Source of the DNA: an uncultured Actinomycetota bacterium
GTDB lineage: Bacteria > Actinomycetota > Actinomycetes > JACCUZ01
Direction: 5' to 3'
Length of the DNA: 64,000 nt
Assembly: GCA_963829565.1 (NCBI GenBank)
Contig: CAWHJC010000021.1
Span: 217,835 to 281,834 of the forward strand
The notes beneath the pieces are model-generated. The model did not search any database and was not told where the DNA came from. It was given only the letters and a program-made list of their open reading frames with translations. A program made the position numbers and the translations under genes. This document shows positions 11,666-23,407 of this stretch, one piece after another; within the stretch, counting starts at the first letter, position 1; every line of letters begins with the position of its first letter.

Positions 11666-12587
11666 TCAGTCCCCCACCACGCGCGCGCCGCCCACCGGGC
11701 CGTGCGCGCGCTTCACCGCCCGGCAGGTCCCCGTCGCGCTGAGCGCCACGGCGATGTCGATGGCATGCTCCGGGCTGCGTGCGAGGAAGACGACCGTCGG
11801 TCCGCTGCCGGAGACCATCGCCTCCCAGCGCGCCCGCCTCGCGGCCGGTGTCCAGCGTCTGGCGCAGCACCGGGCGCAGCGCGCACGCGGCGTCCTGCAG
11901 GTCGTTGCGCATCGCCCGGCCCAGCTCGTCGGCGTCCCCTGCCCGCAGCGCCGCCATCAGCCCGTCGCTGACCCGCGGCTCCGGCACGTCCCGTTCGCCC
12001 CGGAGCCGGTCGAGCTCCCGGTAGACCGCCGGCGTCGACAGCCCTTCCTCGGCGAGCGCGGCGACCCAGTGGAACCGGCCGCGGGCGAGCACCGGCGCGA
12101 GCACCTCGCCCCGGCCGGTGCCCATCGCGGTGCCGCCGAGCAACGAGAACGGCACGTCGCTGCCGAGGCCGGCGGCCAGCTCGGCGAGCTCGGCGCGGGA
12201 CAGGCCGGTGCCCCACAGCGCGTCGCAGGCGACCAGGGCCGCCGCGGCGTCGGCGCTGCCGCCGGCCATGCCGCCGGCCACGGGGATGCCCTTGGTGATG
12301 TGCAGAGCCACTCGCGCCTCGCGGCCGACGTGGCGCGCCAGCGCGAGAGCGGCGGCTGCGGCGAGGTTGGTCTCGTCCTCCGGGACGTCGTCGACCGGGA
12401 TGCCGGTGCCCGCGCTCACGCTGACGGTCAGCTCGTCGGAGTCGGAGGCGATGACCTCGTCGTAGAGCGAGATCGCGTGGTAGGCGGTGGCCAGGTCGTG
12501 GTAGCCGTCGAGACGCGGCCCGCCGACTGCCAGCTCGAGATTGACCTTCGCGGGGGCACGCGCGGTCACCGAGCTCATGGCGCTCAC
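11666..12587 (-). CDS. ispE: 4-diphosphocytidyl-2-C-methyl-D-erythritol kinase (frameshift near 11822)
   Basis: APAKVNLELAVG, IPVAGGMAGGSADAAA, LGSDVPF, VSGSGPT in the shifted frame. Confidence 0.93.
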
Positions 12588-12588
12588 C

Positions 12589-13455
12589 CTAGGTGCGCGT
12601 CGTCGGCCGGTGCGCCGCCAGGCGGGCGAACTCGGTCACGCCCAGGGCCTCACCGCGCGTCCTCGGGTCGATGCCGGCGGCGCGCAACGCTTCCTCGGCC
12701 GCGGTGGGCGACCCGGCCCAGCCGGCGAGGGCCGCGCGCAACGTCTTGCGCCGCTGCGCGAACGCCGCGTCGACGACCGCGAACACCTCCGAGCGGCTGG
12801 CCGGCGTGGCCGGCGGGTCGCGACGGGTCATCGCCACCAGCCCGCTGTCGACGTTGGGCGCCGGCCAGAACACGGACCGCCCGACGGCGCCGGCCCGGCG
12901 CACGTCGGCGTACCACGCGGCCTTCACCGACGGCACGCCGTAGGTGCGGCTGCCAGGCGGCGCGGCGAGGCGGTCGGCGACCTCGGACTGCACCATCACC
13001 AGCACCCGGCGCAGCGACGGGAACCGCTCCAGCAGGTGCAGCAGGACCGGCACCGCCACGTTGTAGGGCAGGTTCGCGACGAGGGCGGTGGGTGGCGGTC
13101 CGGGCAGGTCGTCGATCCGCATCGCGTCGGCGGTGACCACGGTGAGGCTCGACGCGTACGCCGGAGCGCGACCCGCCACGGTGACCGCCAGCTCCCCGGC
13201 CAGCACCGGGTCGATCTCGACCGCGACGACCGATGCGACCGCCGGGAGCAGGCCGAGGGTCAGCGACCCGAGCCCCGGCCCCACCTCGACGACGACGTCG
13301 TCAGGACCCACGCCGGCTGCTCGCACGATCCGGCGGACCGTGTTGGGGTCGATGACGAAGTTCTGACCGAGCGTCTTGGTGGGACGGATCCCCAGCCGGG
13401 TGGCGATGTCGCGCACCTCGACGGGGCCGAGCAGCGCAGCGGCCGGAGCGCTCAC
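12589..13455 (-). CDS. rsmA: 16S rRNA dimethyladenosine transferase
   Basis: [38 protein letters not shown]. Confidence 0.96.
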   Translation of the reverse strand: MSAPAAALLGPVEVRDIATRLGIRPTKTLGQNFVIDPNTVRRIVRAAGVGPDDVVVEVGPGLGSLTLGLLPAVASVVAVEIDPVLAGELAVTVAGRAPAYASSLTVVTADAMRIDDLPGPPPTALVANLPYNVAVPVLLHLLERFPSLRRVLVMVQSEVADRLAAPPGSRTYGVPSVKAAWYADVRRAGAVGRSVFWPAPNVDSGLVAMTRRDPPATPASRSEVFAVVDAAFAQRRKTLRAALAGWAGSPTAAEEALRAAGIDPRTRGEALGVTEFARLAAHRPTTRT

Positions 13456-13459
13456 CCGA

Positions 13460-14596
13460 TCAGGAGAAGAGGTACTGGCCGCACACCGGCCACTGCCCCG
13501 CGCCGCTGCGGTTGTAGAGGATCTGCGCGCGGTAGGTCTGCTCGGAGGCGCTGTGCTGGGTCGGGATCCCGGTGCCGCCCACCGAGTGCCAGGTGCTCTC
13601 CAGGAACTGGTAGAGCCCGTAGTAAGGCCCAGCGCTGTTAACGGCCTGCGGGTTGCCGCCGGACTCGCAGTCGGCGAGTGCCGCCCAGTTCAGCCCGTCG
13701 GCCGTCGGCGTGTTCTGCGGGACCGGCTTCGTGCCGACCAGGACCACCTGGGTGATCGGCTTCTTCGCGACGCGCGTGCTCACCAGCTTGCGCGAGTCCA
13801 GCTTCCCGTCGAGGTAGGTCTCGACGTACCGCTTGACGCGGATGCCGACCTTGCCCGCCTTCAGCACCTTGGTCGTGCCCTCGAAGAGGTCGTTGGTCTT
13901 GCGCTCCACGGTCTCGAACCGGATCGGTCGCTCTTCGACGACGCGCTTGCCGTCGACCCGCGTGACGCCGACCACCTGCTCGGAGTAGGGCAGGGCGGCC
14001 AGGTCGGCGCTGACGCGGTCCTGGGTCCGCAGCCGCAGGCCGGCCTCCTCGAGCGCACTGCGCACCGTCGGTGCGGTCGTGGTCACCTCGTGGTGCTTGC
14101 CGTCGGCGAGGAACGTGATGTGGTGCGGCATCCGGACGTCGAGCTTCATCCCGCCGCGCCCGATGTCACGGCTGCGCGACGCCGACAGGTAGGCGCCGTC
14201 CGAGCGGACGCCCAGCATCATCAACGCCTCGGAGACATTGCGCGCGGTGGTCCACACCGTCCGGGTCTGCCCGTCGACGGTCAGGAGCACCGGCCGGCCG
14301 AAGCGCACCACGACGGTCTCGCCGTCACGCAGTTCCTGCTCGGGACCCGGCGTGACCAGGTCGTGGTCGGAGTCCACCTCGATGCCCTCGGCCTCGAGAG
14401 CGTCGCCGACGGTGCCTGCGAACGTGCGCACCTCGCGGGTGGACCCGTCGACGGAGACCGTCACGGTCTTGTCGTGGGTGACGAAGGCGGTGGTGCCGAT
14501 GACCAGGCCGAGCACGACGGCGACCTGCAGCACGAGCGAGGGCAGGCTTCGCAGCGCGGACCGTCGGGGTCCCGCGGAGTGCCGTCCAGCGCTCAT
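13460..14596 (-). CDS. rpfB: Resuscitation-promoting factor RpfB-like (DUF348 repeats, G5, transglycosylase)
   Basis: N-terminal TM; C-terminal [29 protein letters not shown]; tatD-rpfB-rsmA order. Confidence 0.9.
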   Translation of the reverse strand: MSAGRHSAGPRRSALRSLPSLVLQVAVVLGLVIGTTAFVTHDKTVTVSVDGSTREVRTFAGTVGDALEAEGIEVDSDHDLVTPGPEQELRDGETVVVRFGRPVLLTVDGQTRTVWTTARNVSEALMMLGVRSDGAYLSASRSRDIGRGGMKLDVRMPHHITFLADGKHHEVTTTAPTVRSALEEAGLRLRTQDRVSADLAALPYSEQVVGVTRVDGKRVVEERPIRFETVERKTNDLFEGTTKVLKAGKVGIRVKRYVETYLDGKLDSRKLVSTRVAKKPITQVVLVGTKPVPQNTPTADGLNWAALADCESGGNPQAVNSAGPYYGLYQFLESTWHSVGGTGIPTQHSASEQTYRAQILYNRSGAGQWPVCGQYLFS

Positions 14597-14654
14597 AAGC
14601 CGTCGACGGTAGCCAACGGGGTCGTTGCCGAGCAAACTGCCCGCGTGCAGAGGC

Positions 14655-15449
14655 TCACCAGGAGCCGAAGGCAGCCTCGGTGTTGGCAGCGATCGCCGTG
14701 CCGAGCTCGTCCTCGCTGACATCCAGCACGGCGGCCATCGCGCGCACGGTGAGCGGCACGAGGTAGGAGGCGTTGGGCCGTCCCCGGTAGGGCATCGGCG
14801 TGAGGTACGGCGCATCCGTCTCGACGAGCAGTCGGTCCAGGGGTGCGACGGCGAGCGCCTCGCGCAACTGGCCGGCGTTCTTGAACGTGACCGTGCCGGC
14901 GAAGGACAGCCACCATCCCCGACGTACGCAGTGCTCGGCCATCTCCCTGTCCCCGGAGAAGCAGTGGAAGACGACCCGCTCCGGCGCCCCCTCCTCCTCG
15001 AGGACGCGCAGCACGTCGTCGTGCGCGTCGCGGTCATGGATGACCAGAGCCTTGCCGTGCCGCTTCGCCATCTCGATGTGCGCGCGGAACGACGCCTCCT
15101 GCACGCCGCGACCCTCGGGGCCGGTCCGGTAGTGGTCCAGGCCCGTCTCCCCCACGGCGCGTACGACGGGAGCAGTGGCCAGCGTGTCGATCTCGGCGAG
15201 GGCGTCGTCGAGCCTGCCGGCCGCCGCGAGCCGCGGTGCCTCGTTGGGGTGCAGGGAGACTCCCGCCACCAGCTGCTCGTGCGCGGTGGCCGTCTCGACC
15301 GCCCACCGCGCGCCGGGCAGGTCGCAGCCGATCTGCACGATCCGCGGCACGCCGGCAGCAGCGGCGGCCGCCAGTGCATCCTCCACGGACAGCCCGTCCT
15401 CGGGCGTCAACGCCATGTCCAGGTGGCAGTGGCTGTCGGCGACCGGCAC
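14655..15449 (-). CDS. tatD: TatD family DNase
   Basis: DSHCHLD, LHPNE, VGETGLD, IHDRDAH, FHCFSG, ETDAPYL. Confidence 0.93.
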   Translation of the reverse strand: MPVADSHCHLDMALTPEDGLSVEDALAAAAAAGVPRIVQIGCDLPGARWAVETATAHEQLVAGVSLHPNEAPRLAAAGRLDDALAEIDTLATAPVVRAVGETGLDHYRTGPEGRGVQEASFRAHIEMAKRHGKALVIHDRDAHDDVLRVLEEEGAPERVVFHCFSGDREMAEHCVRRGWWLSFAGTVTFKNAGQLREALAVAPLDRLLVETDAPYLTPMPYRGRPNASYLVPLTVRAMAAVLDVSEDELGTAIAANTEAAFGSW

Positions 15450-15482
15450 CCGGAGCGGCTCGCGGAGCGGGTGGGTGCTCGG

Positions 15483-17287
15483 TCACGCGCCGGCCTTCTC
15501 CTCCAGCCGCTCCAGCTCCTCGTCGACCACCGACGGGTCGAGCTTGCGGAAGATGATCGTCGGTGCGGACAGGGGCGTGCCAGGCTCGATCGGGATGCTC
15601 TGCCAGCGCGCCGCGGCCGCGGCGTAGTCGCCCTGGATGACCGGGTAGTCGGTGTTTCCCTCCTCGGACACCTCGCGCACCTCCGGCAGGCCCGACCACG
15701 CACCGGTGCCGCCCAGCATCTCGTGAACCTGCTGCGCCGAGTGCGGCAGGAACGGCGTGAGGATCGTGTTGCAGTCGCGCGTGGCCTGCAGCGCGACGTG
15801 CAACACCGTGGCCATCCGGGCCGGGTCCTCGGTCTTGAGCTTCCAGGGAGCCATGTCGGAGAGGTACTTGTTCACCTCGGACACGACCCGCATCGCCTCG
15901 TTGATGGCGGCCTTCTGCTTGGACTTCTCCAGCAGCGCACCGACGTCGTCGAAGCCCGCGCGCACAGTGGCGAGCAGCGCTTCGTCGTCCGCGGTCAGCT
16001 CGCCCTGCTCCGGGACCGCGCCGATGTTCTTGGCGGCCATCGAGACGGTGCGGTTGACGAGGTTGCCCCAGCCGGCGACGAGCTCGTCGTTGGTACGCCG
16101 GACGAACTCCGCCCAGGTGAAGTCGGTGTCCTGCGCCTCCGGGCCGGCGACCGCGATGAAGTAGCGCAGCGCGTCGGCGTCGTAGCGGTCCAGGAAGTCG
16201 CGCACGTAGATGACGACCGCGCGGGACGAGGAGAACTTGCGGCCCTCCATCGTGAGGAACTCGCTGGAGACGACCTCGGTCGGCAGGCCCAGCTCGCCCA
16301 GCTCGCCGGGCTTCCCGCCGCGGTCACCCTTCCCGTCGTACCCGAGCAGGATCCCCGGCCAGATCACCGAGTGGAAGACGATGTTGTCCTTGCCCATGAA
16401 GTAGTACGACGTGGCGTTGCCCTCGTCGTTCTGCCACCACCGCCGCCATGCCTCGGGGTCGCCGCTGCGGCGAGCCCACTCGATCGACGCGGACAGGTAG
16501 CCGATGACCGCGTCGAACCAGACGTAGATCCGCTTGTCGTCGCGGTCGCGCCAGCCGTCCAGCGGGATCGGCACGCCCCAGTCGAGGTCGCGGGTGATGG
16601 CGCGCGGCTGCAGGTCGGCGAGCAGGTTGCGGGAGAACTTCAGCACGTTCGGGCGCCAGTCCGTGCGACCGTCGAGCCAGGTGCCGAGGGCGTCGGCCAG
16701 AGCGGGCAGGTCGAGGAAGAAGTGCTCGGTCTCGACGAAGCTCGGCGTCTCGCCGTTGATCCGGCTCTTCGGGTCGATCAGGTCGGTCGGGTCGAGCTGG
16801 TTGCCGCAGTTGTCGCACTGGTCGCCCCGGGCGTGCGGGTAGCTGCAGATCGGACAGGTGCCCTCGATGTAGCGGTCGGGCAGGGTGCGCCCGGTCGACG
16901 GCGAGATCGCGCCCATCGTCGTCTTGGGCACCACGTAGCCGTTGCGGTGCAGCGTCCCGAACAGCTCCTGCACCACCGCGTAGTGGTTGCGCGTCGTCGT
17001 CCGGGTGAACAGGTCGTAGGACAGGCCGAGGCCGGGCCAGGTCCTCGACGATGACGCGGTTGTAGCGGTCGGCGAGCTCGCGGGTGGTGACGTCCCTCCG
17101 CGTCGGCCTGGACCTGGATCGGCGTCCCGTGCTCGTCGGTGCCGCTGACCATCAGCACGTCGTGGCCCGCCATCCGCATGTACCGGCTGAAGACGTCGGA
17201 GGGCACTCCGAAGCCGGACACGTGGCCGATGTGGCGCGGGCCGTTGGCGTAGGGCCACGCCACGGCCGTGAGGATGTTGCGGGGCAT
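15483..17287 (-). CDS. metG: Methionine-tRNA ligase (frameshifts near 17035-17095)
   Basis: [18 protein letters not shown], zinc knuckle, [19 protein letters not shown]; -10 TAGGCT 6 nt before ATG. Confidence 0.96.
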
Positions 17288-17333
17288 GGCTCCAGCCTAC
17301 GGGCGCGGCGCCACCCGAATTTGCCGACTCGGG

Positions 17334-18513
17334 TCAGCCGAGCTTGGGCAGGCCTCGCTTGAGCTGGCGGACGGCCTGGACGATGCGCTGCTCGTTCTCG
17401 ATGAGGGCGAACCGCACGTGCCCGTCACCGGCGGGGCCGAAGCCGACGCCCGGTGAGGCCGCGACGTCGCACTCGGTCACCATCAGCGTCGCGAACTCGA
17501 TCGAGCCCATGTCCCGGTAGGGCTCGGGGATCGGGGCCCAGGCGAACATCGTGCCGCGCGGCCGCTCGATCGCCCAGCCGATCCGGCCCAGCCCGTCCAC
17601 CAGCGCGTTCCGGCGGGACTCGTAGACCGCGTTGACCTCGGCCGGGTAGTCCGCGGCCTCGTTCATCGTCACGGTGGCGGCGATCTGGATCGGCTGGAAC
17701 GTGCCGTAGTCGAGGTACGACTTCAGCTTGGTCAGCGCGGCCACCACCTCGGCGTTGCCGAGCAGGAACGCCACCCGCCAGCCGGCCATCGAGAACGACT
17801 TCGTCATCGAGTAGAGCTCGACGGCGCAGTCCATCGCTCCCTCGCACTGCAGGATGGACGGCGGCGTGCCAGCCGTCGAAGGCGACGTCGGCATAGGCGA
17901 AGTCGTGCACCAGCACGACGTCGCGCTCCCGCGCCCAGTCGACGAGGCGCTGCATGTCGGCCAGCTCGACGGTCGCCGTCGTCGGGTTGTGCGGGAACGA
18001 CAGCACCACGACGCGCGGCTTGGGCCAGCCGAGGTCCCAGGCCTCCATCACGTTGCCGACGTAGTCCTCGCCGACGCCGACGGGCACCTGCCGGGCGTCG
18101 GCCCCGGCGAAGTAGGGGCCCCAGATGTGGATCGGGTACGACGGCGAGGGCACCAGCGCGGCGTCGCCCGGCTGCAGGAGCACCCACATCAGGTGGCTGA
18201 AGCCCTCCTTGGCGCCGATCGTCGAGAGCACCTCGGTGTCCGGGTCCAGCGTGACGCCGAACTTCCGCTGGTAGAGCGCCGCGATCGCCTGGCGCAGCTT
18301 GGGGATGCCCCTGCTGGCCGAGTAGCGGTGGTTGCGGCTGTTGCGGGCCGCCTCGGCGAGCTTCGCCACCGCGATGTCCGGAGAGGGCAGGTCCGGGTTG
18401 CCGAAGCCGAGGTCGACCACGTCCCGTCCGGCCCGACGCGCCTCCTGCTTCAGGCCGTCGATGATCGTGAAGACGTACGGCGGCAGGCCGGGGATGCGAC
18501 GGAACTCCATCAC
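17334..18513 (-). CDS. Class I/II PLP aminotransferase, AlaC-like (frameshift near 17865)
   Basis: LPPYVF, DLGFGNPD, YSASRGI, FPHNPT, HDFAY, SMTKSFSMAGWR. Confidence 0.88.
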
Positions 18514-18537
18514 GCCAGGCTAGTCACCCTCCCCGAA

Positions 18538-18596
18538 GATCAATTGTGCGCTACTGCACCAGACACGCCGGTCAACTGGTGTGTCGGCGCAATATC
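18538..18596. repeat. REP-like palindromic intergenic repeat, copy 1
   Basis: Its reverse complement closely matches 38900-38962. Confidence 0.8.
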
Positions 18597-18614
18597 GGGG
18601 GCGGTCGGGGGCGG

Positions 18615-19461
18615 TCAGGCGGTCGGGCGGCGGGCGGCCAGCACCGCGTCGTAGAGCTCCCGGCGGTTCGCTCCGGTGCGACGAGGCCACCGCGGCGGTC
18701 GCGTCCTTGAGCCGTTCGCCGCCGGCGACCAGGGTCTCGACCTCGGTGACCAGGTCGGCCGCCGACGCCGGCGGGCCCGGCCGGGCACCCTCGACGACGA
18801 CGGTCACCTCGCCGCGTACCCCGTCGGCGGCCCAGGCGGCGAGGTCCCGCAGGCCTGCCCGGCGTACCTCTTCGTAGGTCTTGGTCAGCTCGCGGCACAC
18901 GGCGCCCGCCCGGTCGTCGCCGAACGCGTCCGCCATCGCGGTGAGCGCCGTCGCCAGCCGGTGCGGGGCCTCGAAGAACACCATCGTCCGCGGCTCGGCG
19001 GCCAGCTCGGCCAGCCGGCGGGCCCGCTCGCCCGCCTTGCGCGGCAGGAATCCCTCGAAGCAGAACCGGTCCACCGGCAGCCCGGACACGGCCAGCGCGG
19101 TGAGCACCGCCGAGGGCCCGGGCACCGCCGTGACCCGCACGCCGGCCTCGACGGCGGCGGCGACCAGCCGGTAGCCGGGGTCGCTCACCGACGGCATCCC
19201 GGCGTCGGTGACGACGAGGACACGCAGCCCGGACAGCAGCGCCTCGACCAGCTCCCCGGTGCGGGCGGCCTCGTTCGCGTCGTAGTACGACACGACCCGG
19301 CCGGTCACCTCGACGCCCAGGTCCTTGGTCAGCCGGCGCAGCCGGCGGGTGTCCTCCGCCGCCACGACGTCGGCGGCCGCGAGCTCCCGGGCCAGCCGCG
19401 GGGACGCGTCGGCGGGATCGCCGATCGGCGTCCCCGCGAGCACCAGAACCCCGACCGTCAC
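18615..19461 (-). CDS. rsmI: 16S rRNA C1402 2'-O-methyltransferase (frameshift near 18670)
   Basis: [44 protein letters not shown]. Confidence 0.95.
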
Positions 19462-19489
19462 GCGGACATCATCCCCGTACGCTGGCGCG

Positions 19490-21059
19490 GTGCTGATGCC
19501 GGCCATCGACCGCGAGCGGGTGCGCGAGCGCCTGGTGCCGCCCATGCCGACCGACCGGGTCTGGGGATGGGTGGGGCCGCTGCTCGTCACAGCCGTCGCC
19601 GGGCTGCTCCGCTTCTGGGACCTCGGTCGGCCCAAGGCGTTCATCTTCGACGAGACCTACTACGCCAAGGACGCCTGGTCACTGCTGCACTTCGGTGTCG
19701 AGCAGAACTACATCAAGGCGGCCAAGGACGGCGATCCCGACCCGGCCAACGTGAAGATCCTGGCCGGCAACCTGGACGGCATCTGGACCGGCGAGCCGTC
19801 CTACGTCGTGCACCCGCCGGGCGGCAAGTGGATGATCGCGCTCGGCGAGCAGCTGTTCGGCCTGACGCCGTTCGGCTGGCGCTTCATCGTCGCGCTGACG
19901 GGGACCCTGGCGGTCCTCATCGTGGCGCGCACCGGTCGCCGGCTCTTCCGCTCGACGCTGCTCGGCTGCACCGCCGGCCTGCTGCTCACGCTGGACGGTC
20001 TTGCCTTCGTGCACAGCCGCACCGCGCTGCTCGACCCGCTCGTCATGTTCTGGGCGCTGGTGGCGTTCGCCGCGCTGGTGCTCGACCGTGACTGGGCCAG
20101 AGGCCGCCTCGCCGAGCGGCTCACGGCAGCCCAGACCGCCCGCTTCGGCCCGTCACTCGGCATGCGCCCGTGGCGGCTGCTGGCCGGCGTGGCGCTCGGC
20201 CTGGCCTGCGCCACGAAGTGGAGCGGCATCTACTTCGTCGCCGTCTTCGGACTGCTGACCGTGCTCTGGGACATGGGCGCCCGACGCACCGCCGGGGTGC
20301 GCCGGCCGTGGATCGGCGCCCTGGTGCGCGACGCCGCACCCGGCGTTCCTGGCCATCGTCGTGGTGGCGCTGCTCACCTACCTGGCGACCTGGACCGGCT
20401 GGTTCCTCGGCGGTGAGGACGCCTACTTCCGGAACTGGGCGCAGGACAACCCGGGACCGGCCGTGGTCCCCGACGCGTTGTGGAGCCTCTGGCACTACCA
20501 CCACGAGGCATGGAAGTTCCACACCGGCCTGGAGTCCTACCACCCCTACCGCTCGAACCCGTGGGGGTGGCTGCTCCTCGCACGCCCGGTGTCGTACTTC
20601 TACGAGGGCCCGAAGATGGGCGAGAGCGGCTGCACGGTCGAGCAGTGCTCGCAGGCCGTGACGGCCCTGGGCACCCCGGCGATCTGGTGGGCGGCCGTTG
20701 TTGCCCTCCCGGTGCTGGTCTACCTCTGGGCGGGCCGTCGGGACTGGAGGGCGGGCGCGATCCTGGCCGGGGTCGCGGCCGGCTACCTGCCGTGGTTCTT
20801 CTACCAGGACCGCACCATCTACTCCTTCTACGCCGTCGCCTTCGTGCCGTACCTGGTGCTCGCGGTGACGATGTGCCTGGGCCTGCTTCTCGGCGACCGG
20901 ACGAGCTCACCGGCCCGGCGGCAGTGGGGCGCGGCAGCGGCCGGCTCGTACGTGCTGATCGTCGTCGCCAACTTCGGGTGGCTGCTGCCGGTGCTCTCGG
21001 CAGAGGTCATCCCGTACGCCGAGTGGGCGCAGCGGATGTGGTGGAAGTCCTGGATCTGA
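19490..21059 (+). CDS. pmt: Protein O-mannosyltransferase (frameshift near 20345)
   Basis: [37 protein letters not shown]; head-to-head with rsmI. Confidence 0.9.
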
Positions 21060-21078
21060 GGGGACGGTCGCGCGCCGC

Positions 21079-21602
21079 TCAGGAGGTCCAGCGCACCTCG
21101 CCGTCCACGAGCACGTCGGTCGCCGTCATGCCGAGGTGCCGGGCGACGCCGATCGAGGCCTCGTGGGAAGGGTGGACGTGGGCCACCAGGACGTCGACCC
21201 CGTGCCGGCGCAGCCAGCCGGCCATCGCTGCCGCCGCCTCGGTCGCGTAGCCCTGGCGCTGGTGCGGGGCTGGCGACGACCCAGGCCAGCTCGGCCATCC
21301 GGCGGCCGCCCTCGTCGTGGAGGGTGGCCTGCACCGTGCCGACCGCGGCGCCGGTATGGCGCTCGCGGGCGACCCAGTTGAGCCAGCCCTCGGTCCCGTC
21401 CGGCCGACCTGCCTCCGACCTGCCGCTCGTAGCGCGATCGCAGCTCGCTCAGCCCTGGCGGACGGCCGCCGATGAACGCGTGCAGTCCCGGGTCGTCGAG
21501 GAGTCCGGCCATCTCCTCCGCGTCGTCGACCCGCAGGGGCTCGAGCGTCAGCCTCGCCGTCTGGACCGCCTCGACCGCGGGCCAGTCTGCGTCGGGCGTC
21601 AC
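21079..21602 (-). CDS. GNAT (RimJ/RimL-like) acetyltransferase, frameshifted
   Basis: TARLTLEPL, VGTVQAT, QRQGYATEAA, AHVHPSHEASIGVARHLG. Confidence 0.75.
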
Positions 21603-22228
21603 CCGGACGACATGTCGGAACTCTCAGCAGGTTTGTCGTCAGGACGACCCGAATAGCCGAGACAAGCCACCGCGATGGCAAGGACGAGTGTTCGCGATGG
21701 CATCGGGATCACCGTGAGCACTGCACCAACCATCAGCAGAATGACGGCCCACCGCGGGAACATCCCGGTCCGAAGGACGGCAACCGCGAAGACCAGCCAG
21801 CCGAGGCCCATCAACAGGTAAGAGATCACGAAACCAGCAAGGAGGGAACCCGAGGACTCATCGGCCACTCCCGGCGCCTTGTCAGCCAGGAAGGGCACGA
21901 CGAACACGTAGGTCCACGCCCCGCCGATGCCGAGGGCAGTCCCAACAAGTGCGCCGACGAAGCCAACCACGCCCAGCGTTCCAAGACGCTCGGACAGACG
22001 GGCGAACAGGCCGACAAGCGCGACGAGAAGGGCGATGATCGACCCCAGCGCCGCCAGAGTAGGTGCATAGAACGCCGGGGACTCGGCGGCCTCGGAGATC
22101 GTGTCGCCACCGACCACCACCAAGAACAGCACCAGCGCCGCAAGCGCGAGAACAGCCGCAATCACTCCGCTCGGACCTGCCAATACCGACAGGCGCTTCC
22201 AGGCGACGAGACGCGCCTCCGCATCCAT
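21599..22228 (-). CDS. Hypothetical multi-pass membrane protein
   Basis: About six hydrophobic segments; more A/T-ending codons than its neighbours. Confidence 0.65.
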   Translation of the reverse strand: MDAEARLVAWKRLSVLAGPSGVIAAVLALAALVLFLVVVGGDTISEAAESPAFYAPTLAALGSIIALLVALVGLFARLSERLGTLGVVGFVGALVGTALGIGGAWTYVFVVPFLADKAPGVADESSGSLLAGFVISYLLMGLGWLVFAVAVLRTGMFPRWAVILLMVGAVLTVIPMPSRTLVLAIAVACLGYSGRPDDKPAESSDMSSG

Positions 22229-22312
22229 GTGGCAGACCGTAACCCCACCCGCGGCGATTCACCCGCCTGTTCCGCCCGACGGGGAAATGTGCCTCTGACC
22301 AGTCATTCCAGA

Positions 22313-22388
22313 TGGTGGAGCTGAGGGGACTCGAACCCCTGACCCCCTCGTTGCGAACGAGGTGCGCTACCAGCTGCGCTACAGCCCC
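22313..22388 (-). tRNA. tRNA-Ala(CGC)
   Basis: GGGGCTGTAGCGCAGCTGGTAGCGC..CCTCG TTCGCAA CGAGG..GGTTCGAGTCCCCTCAGCTCCACCA. Confidence 0.97.
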
Positions 22389-22459
22389 TTGTGGAGACAG
22401 CGAGGTTACCAAACGACGGGCGATCTCCCGACCGCGGAACGAGCCGGCAGGAGCGCGAC

Positions 22460-23323
22460 TCAGTCGTTGACGGCGCGGCGGGCGATGATCGCGTCGAGCT
22501 GGTCATCGGCGTCGTCCGCGTCCTCGAGCAGCGCCGACATCGGGGCGCGGGCGGGCGGGGCCGACGCCTGCGCGGGGATCGCCGGCTCGGTCTCGGCACG
22601 GCTCCAGGTGCTCGGGTCGCCGAGGTCGATCGCGGGCGCGCGGCGCGGTGCCATCGGCTTGCTCACGTACGTCGGGAGCGGAACCGGGACCGGGCTCCAG
22701 CCCGCCTCCCGCTTGCGCTGCTCCTCCTCCTCGCGCAGCCGCTGCTCCGCCTCCTCGGACTCCTGCCAGCGGCGGTCCTCCTCGGCGCGCTCCGCTGCGA
22801 GCTCGCGGCGGACCGTCATCAGCCGCTCGATAGCGTCGAAGCGCATGATCCGCGACCGCGATCCCTTGCGGAGCGCGGCGCGGGTGCGGGTCACCTGCCG
22901 GCGGCTGCGGGCCTGCAGTCGCAGGTGGACCAGGTACGCGACCATCACGCCGACGGCGGCCAGCGGTCCCCACCACGGCACGGGGGTGACCGGGACCAGC
23001 GCGCTCGTGACCAGGGTCGTCAGGAGCAGCCCGGCGAGAACCCGACGGCGGCGCACGGCGACCGACGCGGACACCCGGGGGCGGCCTGCGCGGCGGCCGG
23101 GAACGTCGGCACGACCCGCCGGGCGCTGCTCGGCCGGTCGGGGCGGCATGACCACGTAGCGCTGGTCGGGGGTCGGATCGCGCCGGGACAGGATGCGCAT
23201 CGCGTGGTCGAACCGCTCGACCGAGCGGGACTCGGAGAGCTCCTCGTGGCGGCGCAGCCACCGCGGGATGAAGTAGGCAGCCCACATCACGATCAGCACC
23301 GCGTAGATCAGACCGCTCCCCAC
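22460..23323 (-). CDS. Divisome protein SepX/GlpR family
   Basis: GLIYAVLIVMWAAYFIPRWLRR, RRRRVL+TM, WSPVPVPLPTYV.KP, C-terminal RAVND; lies between rimJ and tRNA-Ala. Confidence 0.8.
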   Translation of the reverse strand: MGSGLIYAVLIVMWAAYFIPRWLRRHEELSESRSVERFDHAMRILSRRDPTPDQRYVVMPPRPAEQRPAGRADVPGRRAGRPRVSASVAVRRRRVLAGLLLTTLVTSALVPVTPVPWWGPLAAVGVMVAYLVHLRLQARSRRQVTRTRAALRKGSRSRIMRFDAIERLMTVRRELAAERAEEDRRWQESEEAEQRLREEEEQRKREAGWSPVPVPLPTYVSKPMAPRRAPAIDLGDPSTWSRAETEPAIPAQASAPPARAPMSALLEDADDADDQLDAIIARRAVND

Positions 23324-23407
23324 GGAAGGGAACGCTAGAGGCGCCCACCGGCCCGGACACGCACCGTGGCCGGTGTGTCGCAGGATGAGTTGTGTGACTG
23401 GTGTGAC

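Noticed and set aside
13460-15379. Long N-terminal extensions and antisense ORFs (e.g. 639-aa Rpf, 809-aa plus-strand ORF, 919-aa CoxL)
   Set aside because: High-GC shadow ORFs overlapping real genes; they are Arg/Pro/Gly-rich and lack motifs.
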